DNA from: Asterias rubens
Taxonomy: Eukaryota
Direction of reading: 5' to 3'
DNA length: 64,000 nt
Assembly (NCBI RefSeq): GCF_902459465.1
Contig: NC_047082.1
Location: forward strand, 620,001-684,000
The notes beneath the pieces are model-generated. The model was given only the letters and a program-made list of their open reading frames with translations, did not search any database and was not told the DNA's origin. The position numbers and the translations under genes were made by a program. Positions 24,723 to 38,192 of the stretch are shown here, piece after piece. Position 1 is the stretch's first letter, and the number at the start of each line of letters is the position of its first letter.

Positions 24723-27700
24723 CTGTCTAAACTCAGTTTTCTTAACTCAGGTTTCTACATTGTCTCATCAGTGTCACTGGACGCAAAATGAAGGGTTTTC
24801 CGGGCTTGATTTACTTTAATTCCACTGTTTTCTTCACTTGTTTTTAATTCTTCATTCGAGATTATTCTTGTGTATCACTGTGACGGAGGTTCTTTAAGTT
24901 ACTATCAACAATGGAGACTTCAGTTTCCAAAATGGTTCACGCTGTTTTTGTAAACAAAATGTTTTTCAGTAACTAGTTTACAATTTCATAGTTCTTTATT
25001 TACCTTGTCGCATAACGTAGTGGAGGTCTCACAATCGGTTTCAGGAGATACTCCTTTTACTCGGCAATAAAGTATATATCTTGACGCGGTGGCGTCAACA
25101 TTTGAAGAAATGAAACAAACGTTCCATCAGAAAGTTCAATTAAACAATGTAGATATCACATTCAAAAACACAACATCCAGGATTGTGTTTGCATTGCTCC
25201 AGGGTATGTGTCAAACAACAATGAAACGTTCTCTCAGCGGACTTGTTACATGTTCTCTAGCTGGAATCTGAGGTTGCTGCAACACGTCTATCTTAGGCGA
25301 AACACCGATTAATCCAAGATCAAGACTTCACAACAAAACACTGAATTATCCATCCCGTTTTGTCCTGTAAGGTATTTACCAAGTCATCGAGAGAACGAGA
25401 AGTGACTATTTGCAAGTTATGCGTCAGCCGTGCCGTTTCTCATGTCGTCAAGAGAAGTTTTCGCCGTAGTTACATAGTATGAATAAATGATAATATTGAT
25501 GGAAAAAGAAACCCGCGCTCAACTTCTTGATGTGTACCAAAATGTCTGTATAGTCACGTGGTCGGCAATCGATGGCGTTGCTGGCAGTTGCTCATGATTT
25601 CTTAATAGAGTTTTGGCGCTGTGTTGGGGAAAGTTTCATCCAATCAGGGATATTAAATGATGCACGTGATGAATAATTTCAGACTAAGTGACATGATGAA
25701 TGGGTCATTGGTCGGCGATACTCTATGTAGTGGTTTAAAAATAAGCATTTTCTTGGTGTGTGGTGTGCAACATATTGAATAATAAATGCAACTAAATAAT
25801 GTAGGCCTATGCACACAATAATAGAAGGCGAAGGTTTGATTGCAGAGTGCACGGGTGTAGTGTTTCATTTTGCATGCTTGTAAAAAGTAACAAGTACTTT
25901 ATGTATATACATGTACATAAGTCTGTAATGCCAAGAAATGTTGGTCCACATAGATCAAGGTCTAGTCATTGCTCTATGGCCCAATTTATTCCAAAAACAT
26001 TATTTGTTAAGGCATACTCATATTTTCAACAGATTTTAAAACCTTCTCAAATGTCAAAAGTATTCATTTGATGCCAGCTCAGATATTGTTCATGCAATAT
26101 CAATGATGCATCCGAATAGCATCAAAATTAATCGACAGATATGGAAACAAGTTTAAGTTTAGAGTTTATGAACAAACTCGTCTCATTGCACTGACGTCAT
26201 AGCTGTAGTGTCAAACATTTTTTGAAAGTCAGCCATATACTGGGAATATGCATTCATGGCTCAACACGGGAGGCTCAACCAAAATGTATTGTGGGAGTGA
26301 TGACGTCAGATGAATTGTGTCAACATTGAACCTTGAACTTAAAAAGAACTTACTATCTATAGGGTGTTAAAAAAGGGTGCCATGCCGATCTGGTGGCTGA
26401 TATATTTTAGGAGCTTGTAGCTGGATCGATGATTTGAGTGTACTCGAAATGAACCCGTCAATGGTTTGGGGTTACATGTACATGGGGGTTTAATCTTGGT
26501 TTAAATCCTTTGAGTGGGATTAGAAAAAAGAACACTTGCATGTTTGAAAGGAATCAGGTTTATGCAGTTTCGGTATTCATGACACTGTTGTAATGGCAAA
26601 CCATAAGCTTGTTGCTTTATTTGAAGCCTAATCAAGCAGTCTTGTGGGTTCTTGTTACTCATTGGACTCATTACTTTGTATAGACATAACGGCAAGGACG
26701 GTTGTAGCCTATCCGATCGTAGGACCATTGCTATTGTGAGACCATGGAGGTAGAAAGTTCTACCTACCTCCGTGGTGAGACTACTAATCTATTCCGAAGA
26801 CTTAATTCTGCTAAGTAAGAGCTTATACCTGCTTAGTAGGCCTACGTATGTACCGATAAGAGAATACAAAATGCCCAACATATTTAGCATATGGAATTAA
26901 TGCTTAGCAAATCAACCTCTGGCCAATAATTGTTACAACTTTGGTCGATATGTCCACAGCTTATAAAAATCTCATAAGTGTAAATAATACAACTGGTCAC
27001 GATACAACAAACTATTGTGTCCAATCCAAAACACCTATTGTCCCGGTGTTTACACCGGGGGCACTCAGCCCTTTGTACGGCGTCAACTCCAGCGTTGGGA
27101 TTGCCTCGCAACTTTTGTTCCTCGATGGATCGATCGGCCGTGAAGGGCCTCGGAGAAGTGGATTAATGTGGTGATAATAGCAATAAATGACGGTAGATGA
27201 GTACAGCCACCCTCCACATTAGTCCGAGGATACGCAGCAAATTGTTAAAAAGTCGCCATTATTATTACGAGACTGAGAGGAAGCTGTATAGGTTCTCGGC
27301 AGCCATGAGTCTTCAACCTCGAATTGGTTTATGCATGGTTTATGGCAGCCAGCTATGGGATCTCGAATTTATCGTATCGGAATTCATCGTATCGTAGCGA
27401 TAGGAAGCTGGGAATGCAGTATTCACTGATTTAGTTTGCATAATCGTCCGTGTGATGATCAACCTCCATGGTATGATAAAACTGAATTGGATTTACGTGG
27501 ACAACAACTACCGTGTGGAAACCGATGTGTAAATTCAGCCATGAGTTTTCCCTTTTGACCCAGTTTGAAATTACTCGATGAAAAGGAAATTCAATGACAG
27601 TATCACCATGGTATCACCAATTATTATGATAGCAAATTATTGAAACAACATTTTGTATGTGTTCATGCTGATGTTATCCCTGTCGAAATAAAACTGCGAA

Positions 27701-28989
27701 GTTAAGTCAATAGGACCTCCCGGAACTCTCCCAAGTGCGGATTAAGATAAGATAAAGAGACTCATCAGGATAACAATTATCTGGATCTGTTTCAACAACA
27801 ATAATCCTTCACCATAACCATGAAGGTGCTATTTTAGGTAAGTTAAATGAGTTTCTACAATCATGTTTTGTAATTGTATATACATAGGAAGAGAACTGTC
27901 ATTCCACTCGTATTGGGGTTGGTTGTTTGGCTGTTGGTGTAATACACTACCTCAAATTAAAGTAGTATTTTAAAGACGGAAACAAATCAAATTCTTTTCA
28001 AAAACTTCATCATTGGTTGTAAAAAATATTATTGGTAATTTATTGCCATCTGACTTATAATTCGTTCGTTAAGTAGTTCTCATTTTTTTTACAAAAGCAA
28101 ATTATGAACGGATGGTACAGTATTGGTTGCTGGAGTAGATTCAAATCTAGCGAGGTTTTAAGTAGTAAAAAGAAAAGAGCACAACAAATTGGAAAAGTCC
28201 AATCACACATTTTCAAAAAAATTATTTCACAAACACCATAGGCCTAATCATCTTTATATTTTACAAGTTTGATTTCTGCTTGTGTGTTTGATTTATGATT
28301 AAGTTAGGATTGGGCAGTCAATAAGGTGTCCACTCTAACACAAAGATAACGTATTTATAAAACCTGTCAATATCTGGTTTTATATGTTCTGAATCTACAC
28401 GTCTAGTGTGTACATAGAAATTACATGAAGCACCGATATGGTCTTTTGTAGGCGAGGTATTGCAAAAAAATGGCATCATAATCGAACTTTGCTCGCAACT
28501 GAGCCGTGTGTCCATTGCTGAAGGCTACGGTGTTGAGCTGTGGCTAACAATTGCACGTTTTTCGGGCTCAAGTTTTGCTTTGGGGGGGGGGGGGGGGTAG
28601 TATGTTTACTTGCTGAAATCGGAGAGACGGCTTGCCCGAAATCGTAATGGAGACACGTTTCTAAGGTAATCCAACACTAAACCCATTGTGTACTAATGCA
28701 AATTTGAGCTTGGATTGGTGATGTTTGATTGTTTTGGGTTTTTTCTGTTTACAGGCTGGTATGGCGATATTTGAAACGACACTTGTGTGGTTGGACTTGA
28801 CTCGGAGCAGACAGCTATGAACGAATTTTCGGAGATTTAACTGATTGTAATTGCATTATTCAACGTAATTAGTTATCACATTGGATGGATCCTTACGTCA
28901 ATGTGATAAGTTTTGGATTGATATGTCACGAAACAAATGCTTGATTTTCGACGAGGTATCACAAGCTGACCAAAGGTGACTAAAACAAA

Positions 28990-30291
28990 ATGTCTTCCAA
29001 CAACAAAGGCACACAATATGACCCACCGGGAGACTCAACAAGTACCCAAGACTCAACCAATAAGAAGCTGAAATCTAACAATGCTACCCGAGCTACGCAA
29101 GACGGCAGGATGTCGAGGGAGAACAGGGTTGTTCGTGATTTGACGGAAGTGTCTTGCGAGGAGGATGAACCTGAGATTCTACCCCCAAGAGTAACAATCA
29201 CGCCACGTAAAGCATCACGTCGGATCACGAAAGTAAGTCCGAGAAGTTGCGGTGCTCGACCTCCTGAAAAAGTGACTGGCGAGAACCATTCGGGAGATAC
29301 CGAAGAGAAGTCGGGCAACTCCGAAAACCTTTCGGTAGGATCCGGTAAACATTCGGAGAAAGACGGGGTGAGTTCGGGTAAAGGGGATACTATTGTTTGG
29401 TCCACGGAGTATCGCAACAAATTACGCAAACAGGATAAAATAATGACGTCACACATCACAGCCGATAACACACACCCAGAGTGTTTTAAGCCACCTACAG
29501 CAGCCACACTTTCACGGAATCTTACTCTTGGGAAATACCGACCCAATACATCAACGATTCAGTTCGTCGTCAAGAATGAGATCAAATTCTGGCCTTCGGG
29601 AACAATTCGAGGAACGACGACAGTTGGCGATGTTGACCGAGTGACGTATTCGCGACACGCAACTCGAGGGACTGGTCGACACTCGGCACGGTTGAGGTCC
29701 GACGAAGAGCTACTCGGGTCACCTCGGACTTCGTTAACTGCCCGAAAGGGTCAAATCGTCACTAATAGATTACCACTAATCTCAAAATCCAACACTAACT
29801 CCTTAAAGTTCACCCCTGAACCCACCTTCGTCCACCGTCTCGCTACCTCCCTTCCAGGGGTCAAACTAGTCAAATTTAAAAACATTTCCCTGGAAGATCT
29901 TAACAAGCCAATCGAACGCGTGAGGAAAGCCAATCGAGGCCAGCAGTCGCCCCCCGCTTCCGATTCGTCTGATCCGACACCATCTGAGTACGAGGAGGCA
30001 ACCGGGAAGGTCCGGGCGTGGAACATACATCGAGATCGCGTAGGATCATCAGCTCAGAGTAACCCTGTGAAGAGACAAACCAGAACTGAAAGAGGACTTT
30101 GGGATTTTGGAATGAGCCCAATGCGAAGGGATATGATCAAACCATTACGGCGAGCACATCCTTTGGTTAGAGCAACCATCACCGTGGGGAACTTTATGAC
30201 GGATGGTACGGCGAGTAGAAGTGCAGCAGCTCGCATTTCCCCCCGGTGTGCTGGCGGTGTTGCCAGGAGACAAATCACTGTTCCATTTTAA
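28990..30291 (+). CDS. Uncharacterised 433-aa Ser/Thr/Arg-rich protein, single coding exon
   Basis: 1302-nt open frame with elevated GC. Probable upstream UTR acceptor TTTACAG at ~28753. No family recognised. Confidence 0.7.
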   Translation: MSSNNKGTQYDPPGDSTSTQDSTNKKLKSNNATRATQDGRMSRENRVVRDLTEVSCEEDEPEILPPRVTITPRKASRRITKVSPRSCGARPPEKVTGENHSGDTEEKSGNSENLSVGSGKHSEKDGVSSGKGDTIVWSTEYRNKLRKQDKIMTSHITADNTHPECFKPPTAATLSRNLTLGKYRPNTSTIQFVVKNEIKFWPSGTIRGTTTVGDVDRVTYSRHATRGTGRHSARLRSDEELLGSPRTSLTARKGQIVTNRLPLISKSNTNSLKFTPEPTFVHRLATSLPGVKLVKFKNISLEDLNKPIERVRKANRGQQSPPASDSSDPTPSEYEEATGKVRAWNIHRDRVGSSAQSNPVKRQTRTERGLWDFGMSPMRRDMIKPLRRAHPLVRATITVGNFMTDGTASRSAAARISPRCAGGVARRQITVPF

Positions 30292-30298
30292 AAGACAA

Positions 30299-30451
30299 TA
30301 GACCTTATGCACATGACGTCATTTCAGTACGGCGCCCCCGCATTGAGGTCAAAAGGAGATTGTTCATTGGTCAATCTATGTGCGTTTTGATTGTTTCGTC
30401 ACCGTTTGACCTCAAAGATGGCGGCTGGATGACGTCAATGCATAAGGTCTA
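30299..30451 (+). mobile_element. TAGACCTTATGCA-type MITE immediately after the 433-aa ORF stop
   Basis: TAGACCTTATGCACATGACGTCA ... TGACGTCAATGCATAAGGTCTA. Same family as 59697-60401. Confidence 0.8.
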
Positions 30452-31271
30452 TACATTGTGTGTCCATGACGAATGGAAACAAACACTTTCATTTTGCATC
30501 TTTAAGATAAATCTTTACTGCAAACTGAAAGATTCATTCGGGAAATCTAACTCCACCATCCCACATCTGTCCGACATTCAGTGCTTGAGGTCTCTGGGCT
30601 CAGTTTCAAAGCACACTTTATAAAGCGTTTTAACAAACTTGCTAGCTCAGAAAACATGTCAGATGAGAGAAGGCAGGTTCATTTGAGAAGGCTGCTTATG
30701 GATAAGGTTGTGTAACTTATTCTTGTTAGTAATGTTCACTTTCAATGATACACCGACCCTACGATTCAGTGTAAAAATTAGTTAACAGGGTTATGTATGA
30801 TGGTGTGTTTTTTCTAGAATTCTATTACCGACTCACTCTAGTTTATTTTACTATATTTTCTGAAAAATGTGTTTATTTAGAAATCTTGGTCTCTTTATTT
30901 TGTGCAATCCCAACAGGGTTAAGTTGCCATATTATGAGTTTAAACCCGTCACGTTTGCTCTTTTTCAAATGGAGAGCTTGGGGCACCACGTGCTCGTTAC
31001 TCCGTGTCAAGAAATGAAATTTTTTTACTGTGTTTATGTAAAACGTAACTGATGTGCATAACTACTTTTTGGCTCATTGTGTTTGTCACCCTGCCACTAA
31101 GTTTTTTTGTGCGAACAGTCTGTTTGCGACACGTTGCCATGAATTTTTATAATAAAACAAACTATAATTGCCTATACTTGATCATCTCAGCGATTAGATT
31201 TGTTTACATCTGCTTAATATGTTCAAAATGAATTTCGTTTATAACATGAATTGCTAATAATAGTTAATATA

Positions 31272-31366
31272 GGCCCTTTTCGAAACCACCACGGCTTAGG
31301 CCCCAGATTCGGCTCAGGCTAGCTTAAGCCGAATCCAAAGCCGAAGCCGTGGTTCCGAAAAGGGCC
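31272..31366. mobile_element. GGCCCTTTTCGAAAC-type hairpin MITE (short copy)
   Basis: Same termini as 45941-46107. Confidence 0.7.
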
Positions 31367-33342
31367 ATTGTCTGTTAAGTTGAGTGTCGAATGAACAAGT
31401 GAGCCCTCTGTTGTTAAAAAATAGTAAGTTTTAACAATAAAGAACCGTCGCTTGGCACCACTGGTCTCATTCAAGACCGCTGGGATGGGCTGATGAGCTT
31501 TTGTACAACGTCTCGTAAGATGCATGAATGATAGTGAAGTCGATTAGTTGGCCCTCTCCATTTTGAGAGTTTTTTTAAAGTGTTATTTGGATCGAGCCAT
31601 ATTTTCATTACAATGCAAATAATTAGTAATCATTTCAGTAGTTATTATTCTTCTATTATTGATCGAGGTCGAATCTTGTGTAAACATGGTGAGGGTTATT
31701 GGGATTGTGTGTGTGGGGGGTGTGGGGGGGGGGGTTGTCCAATGGGCCAAGCGCATTGTATGCATATATAGCTCTATCATTGTATGTCAGCCCATCCCTC
31801 CCATCAAAATGCGCTGGTACCGGGCAAAATGGAGGATCCTCAGCAGCTTCATAACTCATGGGACAGACCATAGATGTGCAAAATTTGAGCAAATTTAGCT
31901 GGACATGCTGTGACAGCTGGCCGAGTTGCCATATGACCGTGATCTGCCCATGGATGTAGAAATCTCCATGATCTGCCGAAGGCAAAGCCGTCATACCACA
32001 AGTCCATATGATACCTATGTAGAACAATGATACAAGTTATTGTGGCTTCAGGGATAATTTTTTTTGGAAAGGCGCCCTCTTCCGCTTATTATCAAGGCTG
32101 TTGTCAGGAAGGACTCCCGGATTGCTAGCCTGAACATCTAACGTCACACTCCGAGGCTCGTGAATCCTTGCGGATAGAGAGGGGCTACAGGATTGCCTCC
32201 TCGCTGTATTGTGCATGAAACATTTTGCACAAAAAGTATATTATGCCTTTACCTGTGACTTATTATGCGTACAAAGTCAATAGACAATCTGATGAAATGT
32301 TATTTTTGTTTATCATATAAAACAGCCACACCCACATTCCACCTCTACACTCCTTAGGATTGCTTTGGCAGTTAATAATTTCAATAGCGACTATAACCAA
32401 CGCCAGTAAATTCTCTGGTCGCAACTACTATTGTCTTCACATATATAAACAATAAAGGGAAAATATTTTCTCACATTCAATTTGGTTACATTAATTTGAT
32501 TGGAGAAAGAAATAAAGAAGAAGAAGAAAAGATGGCTGACAAAATGAAACCCCAATACCAGTCGACTCTCTTGAAATGCAAATAGATATACAACTGAAAT
32601 AAAAATCTCGACAAACTGTGTTCATAATCCCTTAAAATGTATTTGTTGACTAATTCAGCCTCCTCTTGAAACTGATATCCCCATCTGAGTAGCAAAATGA
32701 ATTCATTACTTTATTTGGTTAAGACTACACTACCACGTGACGACGATCCGCCAATCATTGCAATCTCTTAACCAAATTAAAGCCGACTGTCCTACGTAAG
32801 GAAAATAACGTATCAAATCCCATTAAGATTTCAGCACTTAAAAGAAGCACTACTAATACCATTTATGACGGCAAGTTGGAACCTTAATTGAGAAACCGGA
32901 ATATCCAATTACTCTAATAATACAAGGTTATAGGAAACATGGCATATGCTGGTAATATAGACACATGCTTAATGGTACATGTATAACAACATGGCAAATC
33001 TGGACTTGGACAAAATTAAAAGCTACGGAAGAATTCCAATGACAGGAGTTTACGATAAATGAATACACATTATTATTACAAGTTATATGTAAACGTCGTT
33101 TATACGAAAGAGAAAATGGTCGGGAACTCGTTTTTTATTTTTCAGCAGTGAGATTTCTTTTATGTGATCTGAAAGTGAAGATTTGTAATTTTAATATATT
33201 AAATATCAAAGTTGTCAATAAATTGTATACGAAAGCGTGGGGCTACCATATTACACATACACATACATATTATGCGAAAATAAGACAGTTTGCCCCCAAG
33301 ATAGTAACGTACTATATAATAATTCGCAAGTATAGGTCTACA

Positions 33343-33555
33343 AGATAATAAGTCGTACGACGAGATAATAAGCCTCGTACGTACGAGATAATAAGTCGTA
33401 CGTACATTACAAGTCGTATGTACGAGTGCGAGATTATACATCGTATACAAGACACGTCAATGATCAGCCGTATGTCGACATAGGTCGACCGAATCCCGCG
33501 TACGACAACTCGTACCACCGTTTTGTCGTTTGTACGACTTATAATCTTGTACCAT
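33343..33555. repeat. Degenerate CpG-rich tandem motif (ATAAGTCGTACG / TACGAG)
   Basis: Repeated AAGTCGTACG(T)ACGAGATA-like units, with an inverted copy (GTACGACTTATAAT) at the right end. Confidence 0.6.
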
Positions 33556-36500
33556 ACGACATTTAAAAAAATACATGTATGTATTGTGTTTGTATACAAG
33601 TTTTATGCTTCTGTGTGTATCTTATGCAATTGTGTATCGTCTGTGGGAAAAATACAATTGTTCTTGTTTCATGTTAACACATACACAATGTATACGCAAA
33701 CAAATATTATAATGTTTATGCCGATGTGATAAACCAAAACAGTTTAATCCTTGAAAATGAGTTGTCCGAGGGAGGGAGTTTCACATCCACAGTTCCGATT
33801 AAGCTTCCACACCGGACCCACCATAATCACATTACCACCGTGTCATATTCACTCATTTTCCTTATCTCTTGATTCGCCTTATTTGGGCTTATTTGTGGCG
33901 TTCCCATTGGGGAAAATGGAAATGTTTCAATTCAGAAGGAATTTTATAGCTCAGTATCTCTGATGATTTATCCCCACCCTCCATGATTGTTATTCAATCA
34001 ATTACTCACAAATCATAGATAATGTTTTTTTCCAATTTATAGTTATCTTTGTTCATATTTGGTCAACAAATTAAGCAATTATGACTCATAAATTGACCCG
34101 AGGAGGATATACCGTTTAATGATTTTAACGTGTGTCTTTGTTTTACTAATGGTTTAACAAGTTTTACGATCCAATAATTGTTGTCAGTTTGTAAAGCTCC
34201 AAATCCTACTCAGAATTCTACTTAGTAAGCACATCTGTTCAACTCATTACTGAGACGCCTTCAACTTAGCTTATACACTTTGAGGTTCCTTCGTCCGTTT
34301 TATATATTCATACTTAACATGTATACGTACTCAACACCATGTAAAAGCTATATGATAATTTATACATGAAATACAATAACAAAATGCTTAAAGAGCTTTA
34401 CTTAAATCTTAAATTGTGAAAAGTGCATCAATCCAAACTCTAAACTTCTGTGACCTTGTACTATTGTTGCTGTTTCTGTGAGATTCACATATTCTGTAAG
34501 TGACAACGAACGTTATTTTCTTCACCCATTGGCGGGTACCAGTCTATCAACCCTCCCAGCCTCGGTCTGGTTACATAATAGAGCGTGGGTTACATTGGTC
34601 ATGCTCGAGCGAGGGACTAAAGTTTACCATTGGGCGATTTTGTCTGGTACCCGGGATGTATTGCATGTATATAGGTAGTCGTGCATGGGACATTGACTAG
34701 TGATTGACATAATGGTCGCTGCTCAAGACGGTTGGCTTTTATCATGGAGAATTCATCTTGTTTTTCTTCCATTCAAAGCAGTGTAACCAAACTGAGACTG
34801 GAAGAGGACATAGTCTGGTTCCTCTTTATCGTTTAAAAATAGCTATCAGTGTTATTGTATATACAGAGTATCTGACAAAGATGGCTTAACAGTCAAACGT
34901 ATTGCTTTATGAATACAATAGCTGGTATAATCAAATAAACAAGTGATATGTAACTTCCCGGACTCCGTCTAAAACAAAGAGTATAGATTGAGAAAAAAAT
35001 TACATAAAAAGTATACTTTTAATTTGGTGTCAGATATCTAAGAAGTCTTCACAATAGCACGAATACATATAACCATACAACGACGAATTTGGTTGATAAA
35101 ACATTGCCAAATCTATAAATTAAAAAGCTGTATCAAATTTAAATATTTCTTTTCGGTTTAAATTGGCAAACATTGACATAGCATTGTTAATGCCCTCTCG
35201 ACAAGGAGATCGGTGAAAAGTGCACAAAAGAATGGTTCGATACATTAGCCCCACCCACTGTCAAATTTTGTCGCCCTCGCTTGCCCCCCCCCCCCCCCAC
35301 CCCAGTGAAATTGTCTGGTTACCATGGAACTGATGATGGTAATATGGTCCATTAGTTGACGATGCGGTGTTTTGTTTCATATTCCCCTTCATTACAACTA
35401 AAATAAGTAATTGATGGAGCTGACAACTCAAGATGGCGCAGCAATAAATCAGTATGAGCATTTTGATGCCCACGTAACGCCTTTAAAAACCATTGTGTGT
35501 TCATTTTAAAACCTAATGAACAAATTGTTGACATAAACAATTAGCTGTCAGATGGGCGATTGTTTTGAGTTGAGTTACTACTTCCGACTACAAAATAAAT
35601 AATATATCACTTGATAACAATTCCTCCAGATAAAAACTTGTTGCTTGTTACTCATTCAAACCATGCCAAATTGCGTTCACTTTACTATTATTTCAACTAA
35701 TTTTATTGTTTTAATAATCTTCATAAAGATCACACAGTTGTTATAAATTATTTATGAATATCCATTTAAACAATTTGTAACAATAGCATTTCCCTATAAA
35801 TTATCTCAATATAATTTATGTTGTACGATTTCCTGAAACTCTTTTAATTGTTTTTTCCCCCTTTTTTTCCTTTCAATTTTAAGGTATACAAGAGACGAGC
35901 TGGTGAGCTGTTCTTTTTACGGTAAGCACGCCTCATCTGCTTAGCAAATTTATATTGTTTTAAGCTTTGAAATTGGGTTTGTTGTGAAGTTTACAGTTGT
36001 CCCTAGTGTTCAAATGCTGAGATGACCAAAGCCAATTTGTGGAATCTTACTCCCACCGCGTCACTGATTTATTTTAACGGCATCAAAACAGTTTGCACGT
36101 CATCATCAGCTGTTAAGACCCATCTATAATGTACACGATACAAAATAAATTCACACTTAAGAAATAAAACTGTAGGCCCTGTGTGTGTAAAACAAGGCAA
36201 TTTTATACATTTACAAGTGGTAAATATTTAGCGTGTGAACGAAGTGCGTCAGTAAGTAAAACAAAGGATGCTAAATAACATTATTAGTTATTGCCTCGGA
36301 TAACAAAGCCAAATACCAATTATAATTTGAGCTCATTATATAAACTTTTGTATGGTAATTTCTACAAGTGCTTGGTAGTATATTTGTGTTCACAAGCTTT
36401 ATAATGCTTCCAGGTTTTTAAAATGGTTGTTTTTAAACTCTTCACAAATTAAATTAGCAAATTCTTAAACTGATACAAATGCCGTCGCTAGACCATAGCC

Positions 36501-37689
36501 AAATTCTCATAGAACTGCCTAAAATCGTAAAAAGTAGCTAAGCACAAAACAATTTTGCTTACCGGATATATTTAGATTACCAGCCAAAGTGTCATTCCAA
36601 CCATTACGTTTTTGACTGGTGTGCTTCGTTTTGCTGAGCAGACATAAGGAACGTTTTGTGCTTAGATTATCAGCTCTATACGAAATTGGGCATAGTTTCT
36701 CACAACTAAACTATGGGCATTCGCATATTATTATGTTATAATTTCTAACATGGGAAAAAATACAATCGACAAATATGACTACTTATATCTTTAAATCTGG
36801 TATGGACAGGGACAAATTGGAATGAGTATTAAGGTAGTTTGGTCATGAAAATGGAAATATTAATTAATATCACTAAAAATAAATTAAGAAATAAATATAC
36901 ATTGTATATACAATTTAATTTGAAATTCAAGCCAATTGAGTTGAAAACAAAATGACCAAAATGTATTTGTTCACTATACTGTCTCATTTTGCGAATCAAG
37001 TTTTAAAAACTGAACATTGGAAGTTTTTACTTTATACACTTACTTCATTAACAACATACTTAAATGTAATATACACGATTGGCAAGGCTAAACACATAAC
37101 TGTTTAATTTTAGTCTCAAAGCGTCTTGATCATAAAGCTCACTACCATTTTTCTGTGAACTTTTCTTTCTGAAATAAAGTTGTATTCGAGAGAACCGTTC
37201 TGAAAACCATAACTTTTCGTTTCGTTTGTTAAAACCGAAATGTTTTAAAAACTGTGCATGTTTTTTATACTATTTTCTCCCGTCTCGTATACAAAACCAA
37301 TCCAGCCCAAACTTTCTCAGGTTTATTTCATGTATTATGGTTGATCACATGAAAAATTTACACTGTGTGCGACTATTAATTTGACAGTTCTATCAATCAT
37401 TTCATACTTTTAAACTCAGTCTTTGCTTAACGTTTTTACATTCGTACGGATTTGTAGTGATGTAAAGGTCAGAACATTATTGGACTGCCTTTGTCAAAAC
37501 AAAGCTTCTGAGTTAATGTCACGGTATATGCAAGAGTATACAAGGTGTATATTATTGTTGATTTTGTAGACATCCCACTCAATTAATATTTCAACCTGAA
37601 AACTGATTTGTTTGGTTTGGTTTGTAAAAGCCATCAGGCTGTTTCTATACCGATGATTGTAATGTTTGGATTTGCAGTTTCTCTTTGGG

Positions 37690-37852
37690 GGATTTGGGTA
37701 CTTTTTTACATGCTAAAATAATTTTCGTCTCATGATCACTGAGACGAAAATTATTTTCATGACATTGTTCTACTAATTTCTCAAAAACTACAGCACCTCA
37801 GCAAGTAATATTTTGTGTTTTTTAGTCCCGCAAAAAGTACCCAGACCCTTTT
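37690..37852. mobile_element. Deleted MITE (GGGTACTTTTT...AAAAAGTACCCAGACCCTTT) with internal 18-bp perfect hairpin
   Basis: Terminal IR plus AAAATAATTTTCGTCTCA/TGAGACGAAAATTATTTT at 37715-37757. Confidence 0.55.
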
Positions 37853-37935
37853 ATTAAGTGCGCATTATTATGTCCATCTCATAGTTCCTTCGTGCTTTTG
37901 TAAATGAGGTCATATCATCCCGTCTCCGGAATAAC

Positions 37936-38139
37936 TACACTTCAAAAACTGGGGGTGTTAAAACTGGCACCATGGGTGTTTTCACATTATATATACCGAA
38001 CAGAGAATACAAATTGACATCTCTAGGGTGTTAAAAACAACACCAATGTACACGGTGTACATTTTGATTCATGTGTTAGTATCTATATGTGAAAACACCC
38101 AGCATGGTGTTAGTTTAACACCTCAGTTTTTGCAGTGTA
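37936..38139. mobile_element. TACACT-terminal (CACTA/EnSpm-like) MITE 3' of the Ig gene
   Basis: TACACTTCAAAAACTGGGGGTGTTAAA ... TTTAACACCTCAGTTTTTGCAGTGTA. Confidence 0.65.
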
Positions 38140-38192
38140 CTGACTGTGTTAAATTACAATGCTTTACTTTGTCACACCGGAATCCGCTTTGA

